From assembly GCA_001791745.1 (NCBI GenBank), contig MGFG01000020.1, positions 10,712-74,711 of the forward strand: 64,000 nt of DNA, written 5' to 3'. The first letter of the stretch is position 1; every line of letters begins with the position of its first letter. The notes beneath the pieces are model-generated. The model had not been told where the DNA came from. It saw nothing but the letters and a program-made list of their open reading frames with translations, and made no database searches. The stretch is from Candidatus Uhrbacteria bacterium RIFOXYC2_FULL_47_19 (GTDB taxonomy: Bacteria; Patescibacteriota; Patescibacteriia; SG8-24). Shown here one piece after another: positions 1-8,061 of this stretch. Position numbers and translations under genes: made by a program.

Positions 1-6
1 GGTACT

Positions 7-282
7 ATGGGGTTTACCTATGTCTACGTTTTAGTTAGCGGTCGTGACGGCAAGTTCTACGTCGGTCAGACCAACGATCTCAGAAGGCGATTGCGTCAGC
101 ATCAGTCCGGCATGAACAGGTCTACCGCTGGGCGCCTTCCGGTCATGCTCGTTTTCTATGAGGCTTACCTAAGCAAGGGCGACGCTCTTCGGCGAGAGCG
201 ATATTTCAAGACCACGAAAGGAAAGGTCACGCTTCGTGCCATGCTGGCTGACTATCTGAAGAGTGGGACTGTCCGAAATTGA
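7..282 (+). CDS. GIY-YIG nuclease family protein (YhbQ/UPF0213-like; catalytic domain only, about 90 aa)
   Basis: The N-terminus reads GFTYVYVL...GKFYVGQTNDLRRRLRQH, giving GIY and YIG-type motifs with typical spacing. The conserved Arg and the Glu of the RRERYF segment are present. The start may be clipped by the window edge. Confidence 0.8.
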   Translation: MGFTYVYVLVSGRDGKFYVGQTNDLRRRLRQHQSGMNRSTAGRLPVMLVFYEAYLSKGDALRRERYFKTTKGKVTLRAMLADYLKSGTVRN

Positions 283-297
283 GAGGACTTTAGTTTC

Positions 298-393
298 GCC
301 ACCCCGTACAACGAAGCGGCCCATTCGGGGCCGCGAGGCGATGATCCTAGTCCCGCAGCCACGTCCAAAAACCGCCGTAACAGGGGGTTTTTG
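298..393 (+). ncRNA. Unclassified structured-RNA-like module, copy A (conserved core, GNRA-type hairpin, U-tract)
   Basis: GCCACCCCGTACAACGAAGC is followed by the hairpin GCGGCCC-ATTC-GGGGCCGC and then the core TCCTAGTCCCGCAGCCAC at 345-362. Next comes a hairpin containing CCGTAA and then TTTTTGG. It is homologous to 2090-2185 with stem covariation. Confidence 0.3.
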
Positions 394-418
394 GGTGGGG
401 TTCATCAAACTGGAAATT

Positions 419-461
419 CAAAACCCCGGTCGCACTAAGTGGTGTGCTTCCGGGGTTTGTC
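419..461. repeat. REP-like palindrome AAACCCCGG...CCGGGGTTT
   Basis: This is an inverted repeat with a 21-nt loop. The same AAACCCCGGG arm recurs at 32517 and 32694. Confidence 0.5.
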
Positions 462-522
462 GGGTCAAGTGACCTCGTCGTCCATGCGACCCTTGCATGG
501 CGAGGCTTAGCCTTCCGGTTAC

Positions 523-1656
523 CTACCGGTGGCTGTTGAACTTCCCCATCAGATCCACCAGGGTGGCGGACCCGGAGGGGGCGTCTTCCTTTTCGGGCTT
601 CGGGGCGGGCGGCGAGACGGCCCCGCCGGTTCCCGCCTCCTCGATGTACCAGCAGACCCCGAGAGGGTCGGCCCCGAGGAAGAAGTCGGGGTCGCCGGAG
701 ACCCGGACCACCTCAGCCTTCTTCCTGGCGCGGCCGCAGGACATCTCGTGCTCGTCGAGCCTTGAGACGTCCAGCCTTTCGACCTTCCCCATGAAGGCCC
801 TCACCCTCTCGACGTCGCCGTCGAAGGCGAGGAACAGGCCTTCGGGGAGGCCACTCTCGCGGGCCGCCCTATCTCGGTCGGACTCGAAGGCTGGGACCTC
901 GGTCTCCGTCCCCGGAACCACCGAGACGGTCACGGAGACGTAGCCGCCGCCGTGCCCGCTGGCGTGAGAGACGGCTAGCACGGTGCCGAGCATACCGACG
1001 ACTGTGACGTTGTCCTTCTCCCAGTCCCTTGACGGGTCCAGGAGGCGCAGCTCGCCGCCGTGGCCCTGGATGCCCTTCGGGCTGGTCCAGAACCCCTCCT
1101 TGCACTGTCGGCGGGTGGGGGAGCCGAACGACACCACCACGGTCTCGTTGTCTCGGTCCGCCTCAGCCTCGTCGGCCGCCTCGTCGAGCTCGTCGAGCTT
1201 CCTGTCGACCTCGTCGAGCGCGGCCGCGGCCTTGGGCCGCCAGGAGCGCAGGAAGGTCATCGCCGACGGGACGCTGATCTCGAGGGCGTTGGCCACGTCG
1301 GCCCAGGTGTCGACCGGGCGGCCGAACCGGACCGCGTCGCACAGTCCCTCGACGAACCGGCCGGTCTCCCAGCCGTCGCGTCCGCTGACGGCACGGACGC
1401 CGCGGGCGGTCTCGATACGGTAGGTGGTGCTGGACCACTTACCGTTCTTCTGGTAGTCGTGGCCGCGGACGACCGCGACTCTCTCGATGTCCTGCCCCTT
1501 GAAGGGGAGGACTCGCTCGTCCTCGGTGATGAGGAGGAGCCAGGGGCGTAGGCTTCGGTGTCCGAGTCCGTCGTTCCAGCTAATAATGGTCGTCATTTCT
1601 TCTCTCCCGCCGCCGTTGGCGGCTTTTCCTGTCCTGCCCATGCGGACGGTCACCAT
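523..1656 (-). CDS. Hypothetical protein encoded in a 65-70% GC island; the C-terminal half is weakly VOC/glyoxalase-like (DPLGVCWYIEE)
   Basis: This is the longest ORF in the GC-rich segment and has a protein-like composition. The ORFs on the other strand are typical high-GC antisense artefacts. The likelier start is Met21 (MTTIIS, position 1596), preceded by GGGAGAGAAGAA. Confidence 0.5.
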   Translation of the reverse strand: MVTVRMGRTGKAANGGGREEMTTIISWNDGLGHRSLRPWLLLITEDERVLPFKGQDIERVAVVRGHDYQKNGKWSSTTYRIETARGVRAVSGRDGWETGRFVEGLCDAVRFGRPVDTWADVANALEISVPSAMTFLRSWRPKAAAALDEVDRKLDELDEAADEAEADRDNETVVVSFGSPTRRQCKEGFWTSPKGIQGHGGELRLLDPSRDWEKDNVTVVGMLGTVLAVSHASGHGGGYVSVTVSVVPGTETEVPAFESDRDRAARESGLPEGLFLAFDGDVERVRAFMGKVERLDVSRLDEHEMSCGRARKKAEVVRVSGDPDFFLGADPLGVCWYIEEAGTGGAVSPPAPKPEKEDAPSGSATLVDLMGKFNSHR

Positions 1657-1757
1657 GACCTTCAGACTGTGGCTTCGTGCCGGTGTCTTGTTCGCGTGGG
1701 CTTGGCTGCGTTTGGCCTGTTCCTTTGTAAAGGTTCAAACCAAAGAACTTAGCCTCA

Positions 1758-1785
1758 GAATAGCATATTTTCACTTAAATGTCAA
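1758..1785 (-). promoter_or_regulatory. Sigma70-like promoter (TTGACA, 17-nt spacer, TATTCT) directed at the 523..1656 ORF
   Basis: On the minus strand the sequence reads cTTGACAtttaagtgaaaatatgcTATTCTgagg. It lies in an AT-rich stretch about 100 nt upstream of the ORF start. Confidence 0.35.
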
Positions 1786-1947
1786 GTATCGATTGTCAGT
1801 AATTGGTTTAATGTCTAGAAATCAATGTTTTTTGTGGATAAAGTGCATCTTTCTCGTTTTTTATGTCTGTTTTCGACACTTTCGACAGTATTTCCAGGAA
1901 CTAATCTACGGTGCAGAGGGTTCTAACTTCGTTCAACAGCCCCAGCC

Positions 1948-1986
1948 AACAAATGTGGACCATCCATCGGGTGGTCCACATTTGTT
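1948..1986. repeat. Perfect 15-bp inverted repeat (AACAAATGTGGACCA, 9-nt loop, TGGTCCACATTTGTT)
   Basis: Read directly from the sequence. On the plus strand it is followed by TGTCTCTG. It sits just upstream of RNA-like module copy B. Confidence 0.6.
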
Positions 1987-2089
1987 TGTCTCTGAGGTAC
2001 GGGGACTCGAACGGGTGGGAGCGAGCCAGGCCCGGCGTTCACTAGGTCACAGCGAGCGACGGCGGACCCGAGCCGGCGGAGGGTTCGAT

Positions 2090-2185
2090 GCCACCCTGTA
2101 CAAGGAAGCCCGCCGTTCGGGCGGGTGACGCGGAAGTCCTAGTCCCGCAGCCACCAGGGCATGACCGTAAGGTCGTGTTTTGGTA
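2090..2185 (+). ncRNA. Unclassified structured-RNA-like module, copy B
   Basis: GCCACCCTGTACAAGGAAGC is followed by the hairpin GCCCGCC-GTTC-GGGCGGG and the identical core TCCTAGTCCCGCAGCCAC at 2137-2154. Next come the hairpin CATGACC-GTAA-GGTCGTG and TTTTGG. The upstream 100 nt are GC-rich and self-complementary. Confidence 0.3.
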
Positions 2186-2632
2186 TATTTGAAAAGACAG
2201 ACAATGCTGCTAATAGCGACTTAACTGCCAATAATCATGAACGCCTATATAGATCAATTACGTCGTGAGCCAACGTCCGAAGATGAGGTGAGAGCCGGGT
2301 CAGGCGGAGATAATGGTTAGGGATAACGAACTGGTTTTTGAAATTGGCGGTGCAGTGAAGGGATCCCGCAAGATCAGCCCCGAAGAAAAGCGGGCCATCA
2401 TAGATTTGGGATTTACGGAAGATTAGGTACGGCAGTTCCGAACGCGTCCAGGACGGGCAGCCAACAAGAGCAGGTTTCTCCGAGGTCTGTTTTTGCAATT
2501 TCAAAATTCTCGCCTCGTCTCTTTTCGGTGCTCGTGACGTCACACCCCGTCTTCTCCTGGCAGGTATTTATTGCTAAGTTGATACGGACTTAAGACCGTA
2601 AAAGGTTTGGAACCCCACCCAACCCAACACCT

Positions 2633-4240
2633 ATGGACAGAAGCCGAGCCGAGTTTGCTGATTTTGGTCACGAAAGAAGGGAGACAGAGAAGAAGGCGAT
2701 CGAGATGCTGGAGTTTTCTCGCTTCCGTCTGAGTTTTATGGCCCTGGAGGACTTTGACCCCGAGCCGGGCGACAGTGAAGTAGAAATTCCCCCCGAAATG
2801 AAAAGGGTGATCGATCGTCAGGACGACAGTGCCCATACCTACGAAAAAACCGTACAGAAGTCCGGTTGGCAAAAAGACATCATGTCTTTCGCTGAGGACT
2901 TCATCGGAGGTGAAGGACAGAGGATTGGGGAAGTTTTGGGGATCGAGGACATCAGGGACCTTTCGCCCAGACAGGCCGTAGGGCTCACGATCAGGACCGT
3001 GCTTTCCCTGACTCGGTATTCCCGCAAGGACGGAAAACCTTACGGGGATAGGGCTGACAACAAGACGGTTCTGGAACTGCTGAGGGAAGGTCAGGAAAAC
3101 TCGGGACGGTCGGACTGGGAGGGAAACGGCGTCTGTCGAAATTTTGCCAGCATTACCAAGGCGCTGTTTGAGTCGCTGAAGGGTGGCCAGCGCGACCCCC
3201 GAAAGTTGCGTAATCTGCATTGCGCCTACCAGGTCGACTGTAAAATTCGGCGGGGGAACAAAAGACCGTTCGACAACCATGCCTGGAACTCGTTCTTCTC
3301 CTTCTCAGATGGAAAACTAGACCTGACCGAAGTTGACGTGACTTGGGGCAAATATGATCCGGAGACGGGCAAGGTAAGTGCCTTGGACCAGACGGAGGCT
3401 CGTATAGACGAGCTGCTACGGAAGGTTTTCGTTCAGGTCGAGCCTAAGGACGTCGTTGTCGGACTGGATTACTTTCTTAGGAAAATGAAGTTCGCGGATT
3501 CGGACAAGAGAGATTTTTTTCTTTGGGAAGTCGGAGAGCTTCTTCGGGGCTCGAAGGGGCTGAAGGTCGAGGAAATTCCGTCCGCTACCCTGGCGGCTGT
3601 GATAGAGGAGTTGGACGGTTCGCGTTACGGTCAGTTGATTTTGGATGGGCTGGTTCGCAGAGACATGAGTCCGGAGGAGCTGCCGCCGGCCATGCTCGAG
3701 AGGATCAGGGAGGCGGTTCGCTTTCAGCCCGACACCGGAGCGTTTCTGAAAAAAAGCCGAACAGCCAAGGAGTGGAGACAGGAAAGTCCGTGGAAAACGA
3801 TTGTGACTCAGGACAGACGGTTCGTGGGGTTGGTGCTGGAGGAGTTGGCGAAAAAGGATAATTTCGTCAGGTACCTGGACGAGAACATGAAGCTGAGGTC
3901 GATTGTTCGTCTCCATCGGCCGGATCTTCTGCCTCGGTTTGATCCGGTTCGGGATCGCGGTGACTTTAACGAGCTGAAACACCTGTTGGACAAGGCAGTT
4001 TACGTCAAGAGACCGCTGAAACGGTGGCTGAGGGAACGTGGCCGGGAGGGGTCGTCGTGGGACAGGATCGTTCGGCAGGATGACTATGGTGAGATCGTGG
4101 ATTTTCTGCGGCATTTTTTGAGGGACGTCAATCCGGCGGGATACGATCGTGATCTGTCTCGGGTTTCCGGCTGGAAGATCATTTCGGAGTTTAACGACCT
4201 TTACGAGCGGCTTAGGGATGAGGTTGATTCCGGACGGTGA
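2633..4240 (+). CDS. Hypothetical protein with a central transglutaminase-like (TGc) Cys-His-Asp signature
   Basis: GNGVCRNFASITKALF resembles the G-x-C-x-x-FA Cys motif. About 50 aa later come NHAWNSFF (His motif) and SDGKLDLTEVD (Asp). There is no signal peptide or TM segment. Confidence 0.55.
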   Translation: MDRSRAEFADFGHERRETEKKAIEMLEFSRFRLSFMALEDFDPEPGDSEVEIPPEMKRVIDRQDDSAHTYEKTVQKSGWQKDIMSFAEDFIGGEGQRIGEVLGIEDIRDLSPRQAVGLTIRTVLSLTRYSRKDGKPYGDRADNKTVLELLREGQENSGRSDWEGNGVCRNFASITKALFESLKGGQRDPRKLRNLHCAYQVDCKIRRGNKRPFDNHAWNSFFSFSDGKLDLTEVDVTWGKYDPETGKVSALDQTEARIDELLRKVFVQVEPKDVVVGLDYFLRKMKFADSDKRDFFLWEVGELLRGSKGLKVEEIPSATLAAVIEELDGSRYGQLILDGLVRRDMSPEELPPAMLERIREAVRFQPDTGAFLKKSRTAKEWRQESPWKTIVTQDRRFVGLVLEELAKKDNFVRYLDENMKLRSIVRLHRPDLLPRFDPVRDRGDFNELKHLLDKAVYVKRPLKRWLRERGREGSSWDRIVRQDDYGEIVDFLRHFLRDVNPAGYDRDLSRVSGWKIISEFNDLYERLRDEVDSGR

Positions 4241-4493
4241 GTTCTGTTGAATTGTTTGGGTTTAGAGTTTCGGGTTTCGGTACGTGCAGAGGGTGGTCGG
4301 TCTTAAAGGTCTATCTGCAGACAGTTTGACGGTAGGCAGGCATCAAATTGGAACGATTGGCCGGCGGTCCGGCTGACGGCTATACTAAATAAATGAGCGG
4401 ATTGCCTTTGCGGTCCGTATCTTAAAAAGGCGGATTCGTCGTCAGACGATAGGGCCTTCTTATAGGACTTTCTGCCAAAAGCAGCGCGGTTCG

Positions 4494-6182
4494 TTGTCTT
4501 TAATCTCCATGTGTATGAAAAGAATCACGATTCTGTCACTTCTGCTCCTGCTGACGCCCTTACTCTCGCCCGGTCTCGCCGCCGCATCTGTCGCCGAAAG
4601 GATCAAGGGAAAGATCGTCTTGCAGGTGGAAAGCCATGGCGAGGCTTATTATGTCTCTCCGGACAATCTTCGGAGATACTATTTGGGCCGACCTCAGGAT
4701 GCTTTTGACATAATGCGGACCATGGGATTGGGAATAACCGACGTCAATCTGGCCAGAATTCCCAAGAGCACAGACGGCTGGACGGGCGACGCGTCCCTCG
4801 TCGGTCACGTCAGGGGTAGGATACTGCTTCAGGTTGAGCAGCACGGCGAGGCTTGGTACGTCTATCCGGACAACGGCAAGAGATACTTTTTGGGACGTCC
4901 TAGCGACGCCTTTAACATCATGAGCAGTTTGGGGCTCGGTATTTCGACTAGAGATCTTTCGACTATCGTCGTGGGTACGATAGCCACAGGTCAGACAGGA
5001 GCGACAGGTGGAGACGGTCAACCAGTACCGGCTGACGAAGAAGATGCGTCAGGCGATGCCGATAGCGGCGATACAATTGTCAACACAAACACTGAAGATC
5101 CCAATTCTGTTGTCGTCAGTAGCGTTTCCGCCCTGGTGAGCGCCATAGAAAACGCCAACGATGGCAGCAAGAAGACGATTCTGGTCGAAGACGGAACCTA
5201 CACGCTAGGCAACATGCTCTGGGTTTCGGCGGACGGGGTTACGGTAAGAAGCCGTTCGGGAAACCGCGAGGCGGTTATCCTGCAGGGCGACGGGATGACC
5301 GGCAGCGTTTCGCATATCTTTAACGTCGCCGGAGACGATTTTACCGTCCGTGATCTGACCCTAAGGAGGGTTGCCAATCATGCAATCCAACTGCAGGTAG
5401 ATGTCGACGGTCTTACTGTCGATAATGCTCATTTCTTGGACACGGGCGAGCAGATGCTGAAGGTCGCCTATGACGCTGGGAACATGTCGGCAAGTTCCGA
5501 TGGTGGTCTTGTTGAAAATAGTTTGTTTGAATACAGCGCCGGCCACGGTCCGCAGTACTACATCGGCGGTGTTGATGCGCACAATGCCAAGAATTGGATT
5601 GTCCGTGACAACGTATTCAAAAACATCAAGAGTCCTAGCGACGACATCGCCGAGTTCGCCATTCACTTTTGGTCTGAGTCGGCGAATACCATAGTCGAGA
5701 GAAATACAATCATGAACTGCGACCGGGGGATCGGCTTCGGTCTCGGCGACCGAGGTCACGTCGGCGGGATCATTCGTAACAATATGATCTACCATGACAG
5801 CTCGGAGGATTTCTCCGACGTGGCGATCGGACTCGAGGATGCCAGAAATTCGCAGGTCTACAACAATACGATCTTTATGGTCAACAGCTATCCGAACGCC
5901 ATTGAGTATCGTTTCGGAAGCACGACAGGGGTACAGATTTACAACAACTTAACTAATCGGGCTATCATCGCCCGCGATGGGGCTTCAGGAACGGTCGCAA
6001 ATAACATTACTAGTGCTCAGGTTGATTGGTTTGTTTCTCCATCGTCGGGAAATCTTCACTTGAGCAGCTCTGTTTACTCAGTCGTCGATCAAGGGCGAAA
6101 CGTTTCCGGATTAACTAATGATTTCGACGGCGAGTCGCGACCGAAGGGCGGCGGAATAGACATCGGCGCAGACGAGCTTTAA
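4494..6182 (+). CDS. Secreted right-handed parallel beta-helix (pectin-lyase-fold) protein with two N-terminal 40-aa repeats
   Basis: The signal peptide is MKRITILSLLLLLTPLLSPGLAAA, so the probable start is the ATG at 4515. There are two copies of the HGEAYYVSPDNLRRYYLGRPQDAFDIMRTMGLGI-type repeat. Beta-helix rungs are visible as NNMIYHD, NNTIF and RNTIMNCDRGIGFG. Confidence 0.75.
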   Translation: MSLISMCMKRITILSLLLLLTPLLSPGLAAASVAERIKGKIVLQVESHGEAYYVSPDNLRRYYLGRPQDAFDIMRTMGLGITDVNLARIPKSTDGWTGDASLVGHVRGRILLQVEQHGEAWYVYPDNGKRYFLGRPSDAFNIMSSLGLGISTRDLSTIVVGTIATGQTGATGGDGQPVPADEEDASGDADSGDTIVNTNTEDPNSVVVSSVSALVSAIENANDGSKKTILVEDGTYTLGNMLWVSADGVTVRSRSGNREAVILQGDGMTGSVSHIFNVAGDDFTVRDLTLRRVANHAIQLQVDVDGLTVDNAHFLDTGEQMLKVAYDAGNMSASSDGGLVENSLFEYSAGHGPQYYIGGVDAHNAKNWIVRDNVFKNIKSPSDDIAEFAIHFWSESANTIVERNTIMNCDRGIGFGLGDRGHVGGIIRNNMIYHDSSEDFSDVAIGLEDARNSQVYNNTIFMVNSYPNAIEYRFGSTTGVQIYNNLTNRAIIARDGASGTVANNITSAQVDWFVSPSSGNLHLSSSVYSVVDQGRNVSGLTNDFDGESRPKGGGIDIGADEL

Positions 6183-6212
6183 GATGGGTCGTTGTTTACC
6201 TAACGCGTTCAT

Positions 6213-7391
6213 ATGCACAAAATAATAATGTTCATTGTCGTTTTGGCGATGACCCTGGCTCTGCCGGTCGCCTCCCGTGCGGCAGAGATGCGTAGTGGTG
6301 AAGCTGTCTCGATTAGTGTCAGCCAGATCATCGAAGAGAATCTCTATGCCGCTGGCGGGACGCTTTCGATGGACGGCGAAGTTCGTGGCGACGCCCATCT
6401 GCTCGGCGGAAATCTAACCGTAACCGGACCGGTGTCAGAGGACCTCACTGTGGCCGGCGGATCGCTGATTTTGCTCGGCCCGGTCGGTGACGACGTTCGC
6501 GTCGCCGGAGGCAGCATTACGCTCGGCAGCTCGGTTGGTGGAGAACTGGTTGTCGCCGGTGGTCAGATAACCACTACCCCCGGCCTGTCAGTAGTTGGTG
6601 ATACTGTTATCGCCGGTGGCAGTGTGGTCATCAAAGGCGTCTTCGCTGGAGATGTGACAGTCTATGCCGGCGATGTTCAGGTGGATGGCACCATCGGGGG
6701 CGGTCTCTTCACCACGGCGGAATCGGTCACCCTCGCGTCGGGCGCGGTCGTCAAGGGTGACTTCGCTCACGAAGGTCCGAAGGAGGCGAGTGTCGAGACC
6801 GGTGCCGTCGTTGATGGTGAGCAGACCTATACGCAACGGGATTTCGCGGCTGGCGTACCAGACAAGACTGATGAGTTGATACTCTGGGAATCTTTCGGCA
6901 AGATTTTCGGCGCAATGTTTATCTTCTTCGTGCTGGTGAAGTACCTGGCGTGCCTACTGGTTTCCCTGCTGGCGACTTGGCGGTTGCCGCATCTGTCTCA
7001 GGCCGTAGTCGGTCGTACTCTCAAACATTTTGGCATTGACTTATTGACCGGTTTGTTGATCTCAGTGGTCGCACCGATTGTCCTAGTGCTGCTGTACGTG
7101 ACGGTTGTCGGCTGGTTGGTGGCTTGCATCGTCATGGCAGTTTTAGCTTTAGCCGTCCTGGTTGGCGGCGTCTACTCCACCGTATCTTTTGGAGCTCTGG
7201 TTCGCAGAGTCTTCTCTAAAGGTAAAAAGGATTTTTCGGCCGACTGGAAGAGTTCTCTGCTCGGAACAACTCTACTCACTCTAGTCATACTGATCCCAAT
7301 AGTCGGTTGGCTGGTCGGACTGCTGTTCTTCCTAGCTAGCTTCGGCACCGTAGTTAGGCTGGGCTACGAAGCCCTGTTTCGCCGGCGCTAG
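6213..7391 (+). CDS. Signal-peptide protein with a bactofilin/CcmA-like beta-helical repeat domain and a C-terminal multi-pass TM region
   Basis: The N-terminus is hydrophobic. Repeats of the G-x-V/L-x-V-x-G type run through about 180 aa (LTVAGGSLILLGPVGDDVRVAGGSITLG...). The C-terminal 170 aa contain four to five hydrophobic helices. Confidence 0.65.
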   Translation: MHKIIMFIVVLAMTLALPVASRAAEMRSGEAVSISVSQIIEENLYAAGGTLSMDGEVRGDAHLLGGNLTVTGPVSEDLTVAGGSLILLGPVGDDVRVAGGSITLGSSVGGELVVAGGQITTTPGLSVVGDTVIAGGSVVIKGVFAGDVTVYAGDVQVDGTIGGGLFTTAESVTLASGAVVKGDFAHEGPKEASVETGAVVDGEQTYTQRDFAAGVPDKTDELILWESFGKIFGAMFIFFVLVKYLACLLVSLLATWRLPHLSQAVVGRTLKHFGIDLLTGLLISVVAPIVLVLLYVTVVGWLVACIVMAVLALAVLVGGVYSTVSFGALVRRVFSKGKKDFSADWKSSLLGTTLLTLVILIPIVGWLVGLLFFLASFGTVVRLGYEALFRRR

Positions 7392-8061
7392 CGTACCTGA
7401 ACGCTGAGCCAAGGCCGTCCACCGAACTCCAGTGGGCGGTTTTTGCTTTCGATTTTCATGCTGACGACGGCACGAGCGAATAACGCCGCGTTCTGTGGAA
7501 TATGATCATTCAAGTGGTAGTCACATAATCCTCGAAATGTTTATAGCGCAGCCCGAGGACGATGCGGCACCCAGAACCGAGTTCAATGACGACCGAGTCG
7601 TCTGGGTCGATTATGCAGAGGGGTTGCAGACAGACTCGGCCATGAAAATGTCAGACAGTACTACTCAGGTGTCCAAGCGATGATCAAGACAGTCATCGAT
7701 GTCTTTAAGTTGTGGAACCATAGGTAAGATATCATTGTCAGCCGTCACCGTTTATTTTTTGTCGTCTCCTTCGTTAAATAAAAATGCGAGACCCCCAAGC
7801 GGTGATCCCGTTGAGATCTGCACGGGCGTGTGGTTAGGACTGATGCACGTGGTCGATTAACCCGTCATCATCGCTGTCCGCACGCTCAGGTCCGCGGTCA
7901 TGTCGTCGACATTCGCTTCGGTGTGTCGGCGACAACCATCCACAAAAGAACCACGTGTTGTGGAAATTTTGAAATCACTTTCGAAGTATCTCATTATGAG
8001 CTTGTCTGCAAAGTTATAACTAGGCATAGCTTATGGAACCGGAGCCTGTCATAATCCAGGC

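Noticed and set aside
497-1551. Plus-strand ORFs 497..943, 983..1423, 1029..1277 and 1060..1551 and minus-strand ORFs 869..1105 and 1163..1438 inside the GC island
   Set aside because: They are Arg/Pro/Gly/Ala-rich and low-complexity, and they all overlap the 377-aa minus-strand ORF. This is the typical open-frame artefact of 65-70% GC DNA.
523-1656. The 377-aa ORF as TnpB, IscB, an integrase or a reverse transcriptase
   Set aside because: It has no CxxC zinc-finger pairs, no RuvC-like D/E/D pattern, no R...HxxR...Y integrase signature and no YxDD.
1995-2160. Copy-B region read as a tRNA, tmRNA or tRNA-like element (GACTCGAAC, GGGTTCGATGCC, ...CAGCCACCA)
   Set aside because: I could not fold a 5-bp T-stem around either TTCGA motif on either strand. 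No acceptor-stem partner for CGCAGCC lies at the right distance. Copy A lacks the CCA. The element is kept as an unclassified RNA-like module instead.
2236-2425. Two adjacent small ORFs in different frames (MNAYIDQLRREPTSEDEVRAGSGGDNG and MVRDNELVFEIGGAVKGSRKISPEEKRAIIDLGFTED) in the leader of the 2633 gene
   Set aside because: They are below a credible length, have no RBS and I recognised no homology. They could be one frameshifted small gene, but the evidence is insufficient.
7392-8060. ORFs 7495..7683 and 7830..8054 (plus strand) and 7994..8224 (minus strand) in the 670-bp spacer
   Set aside because: They have no RBS and an odd composition, and 7994..8224 overlaps the 8062 membrane gene in antisense. 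I regard the region as intergenic.
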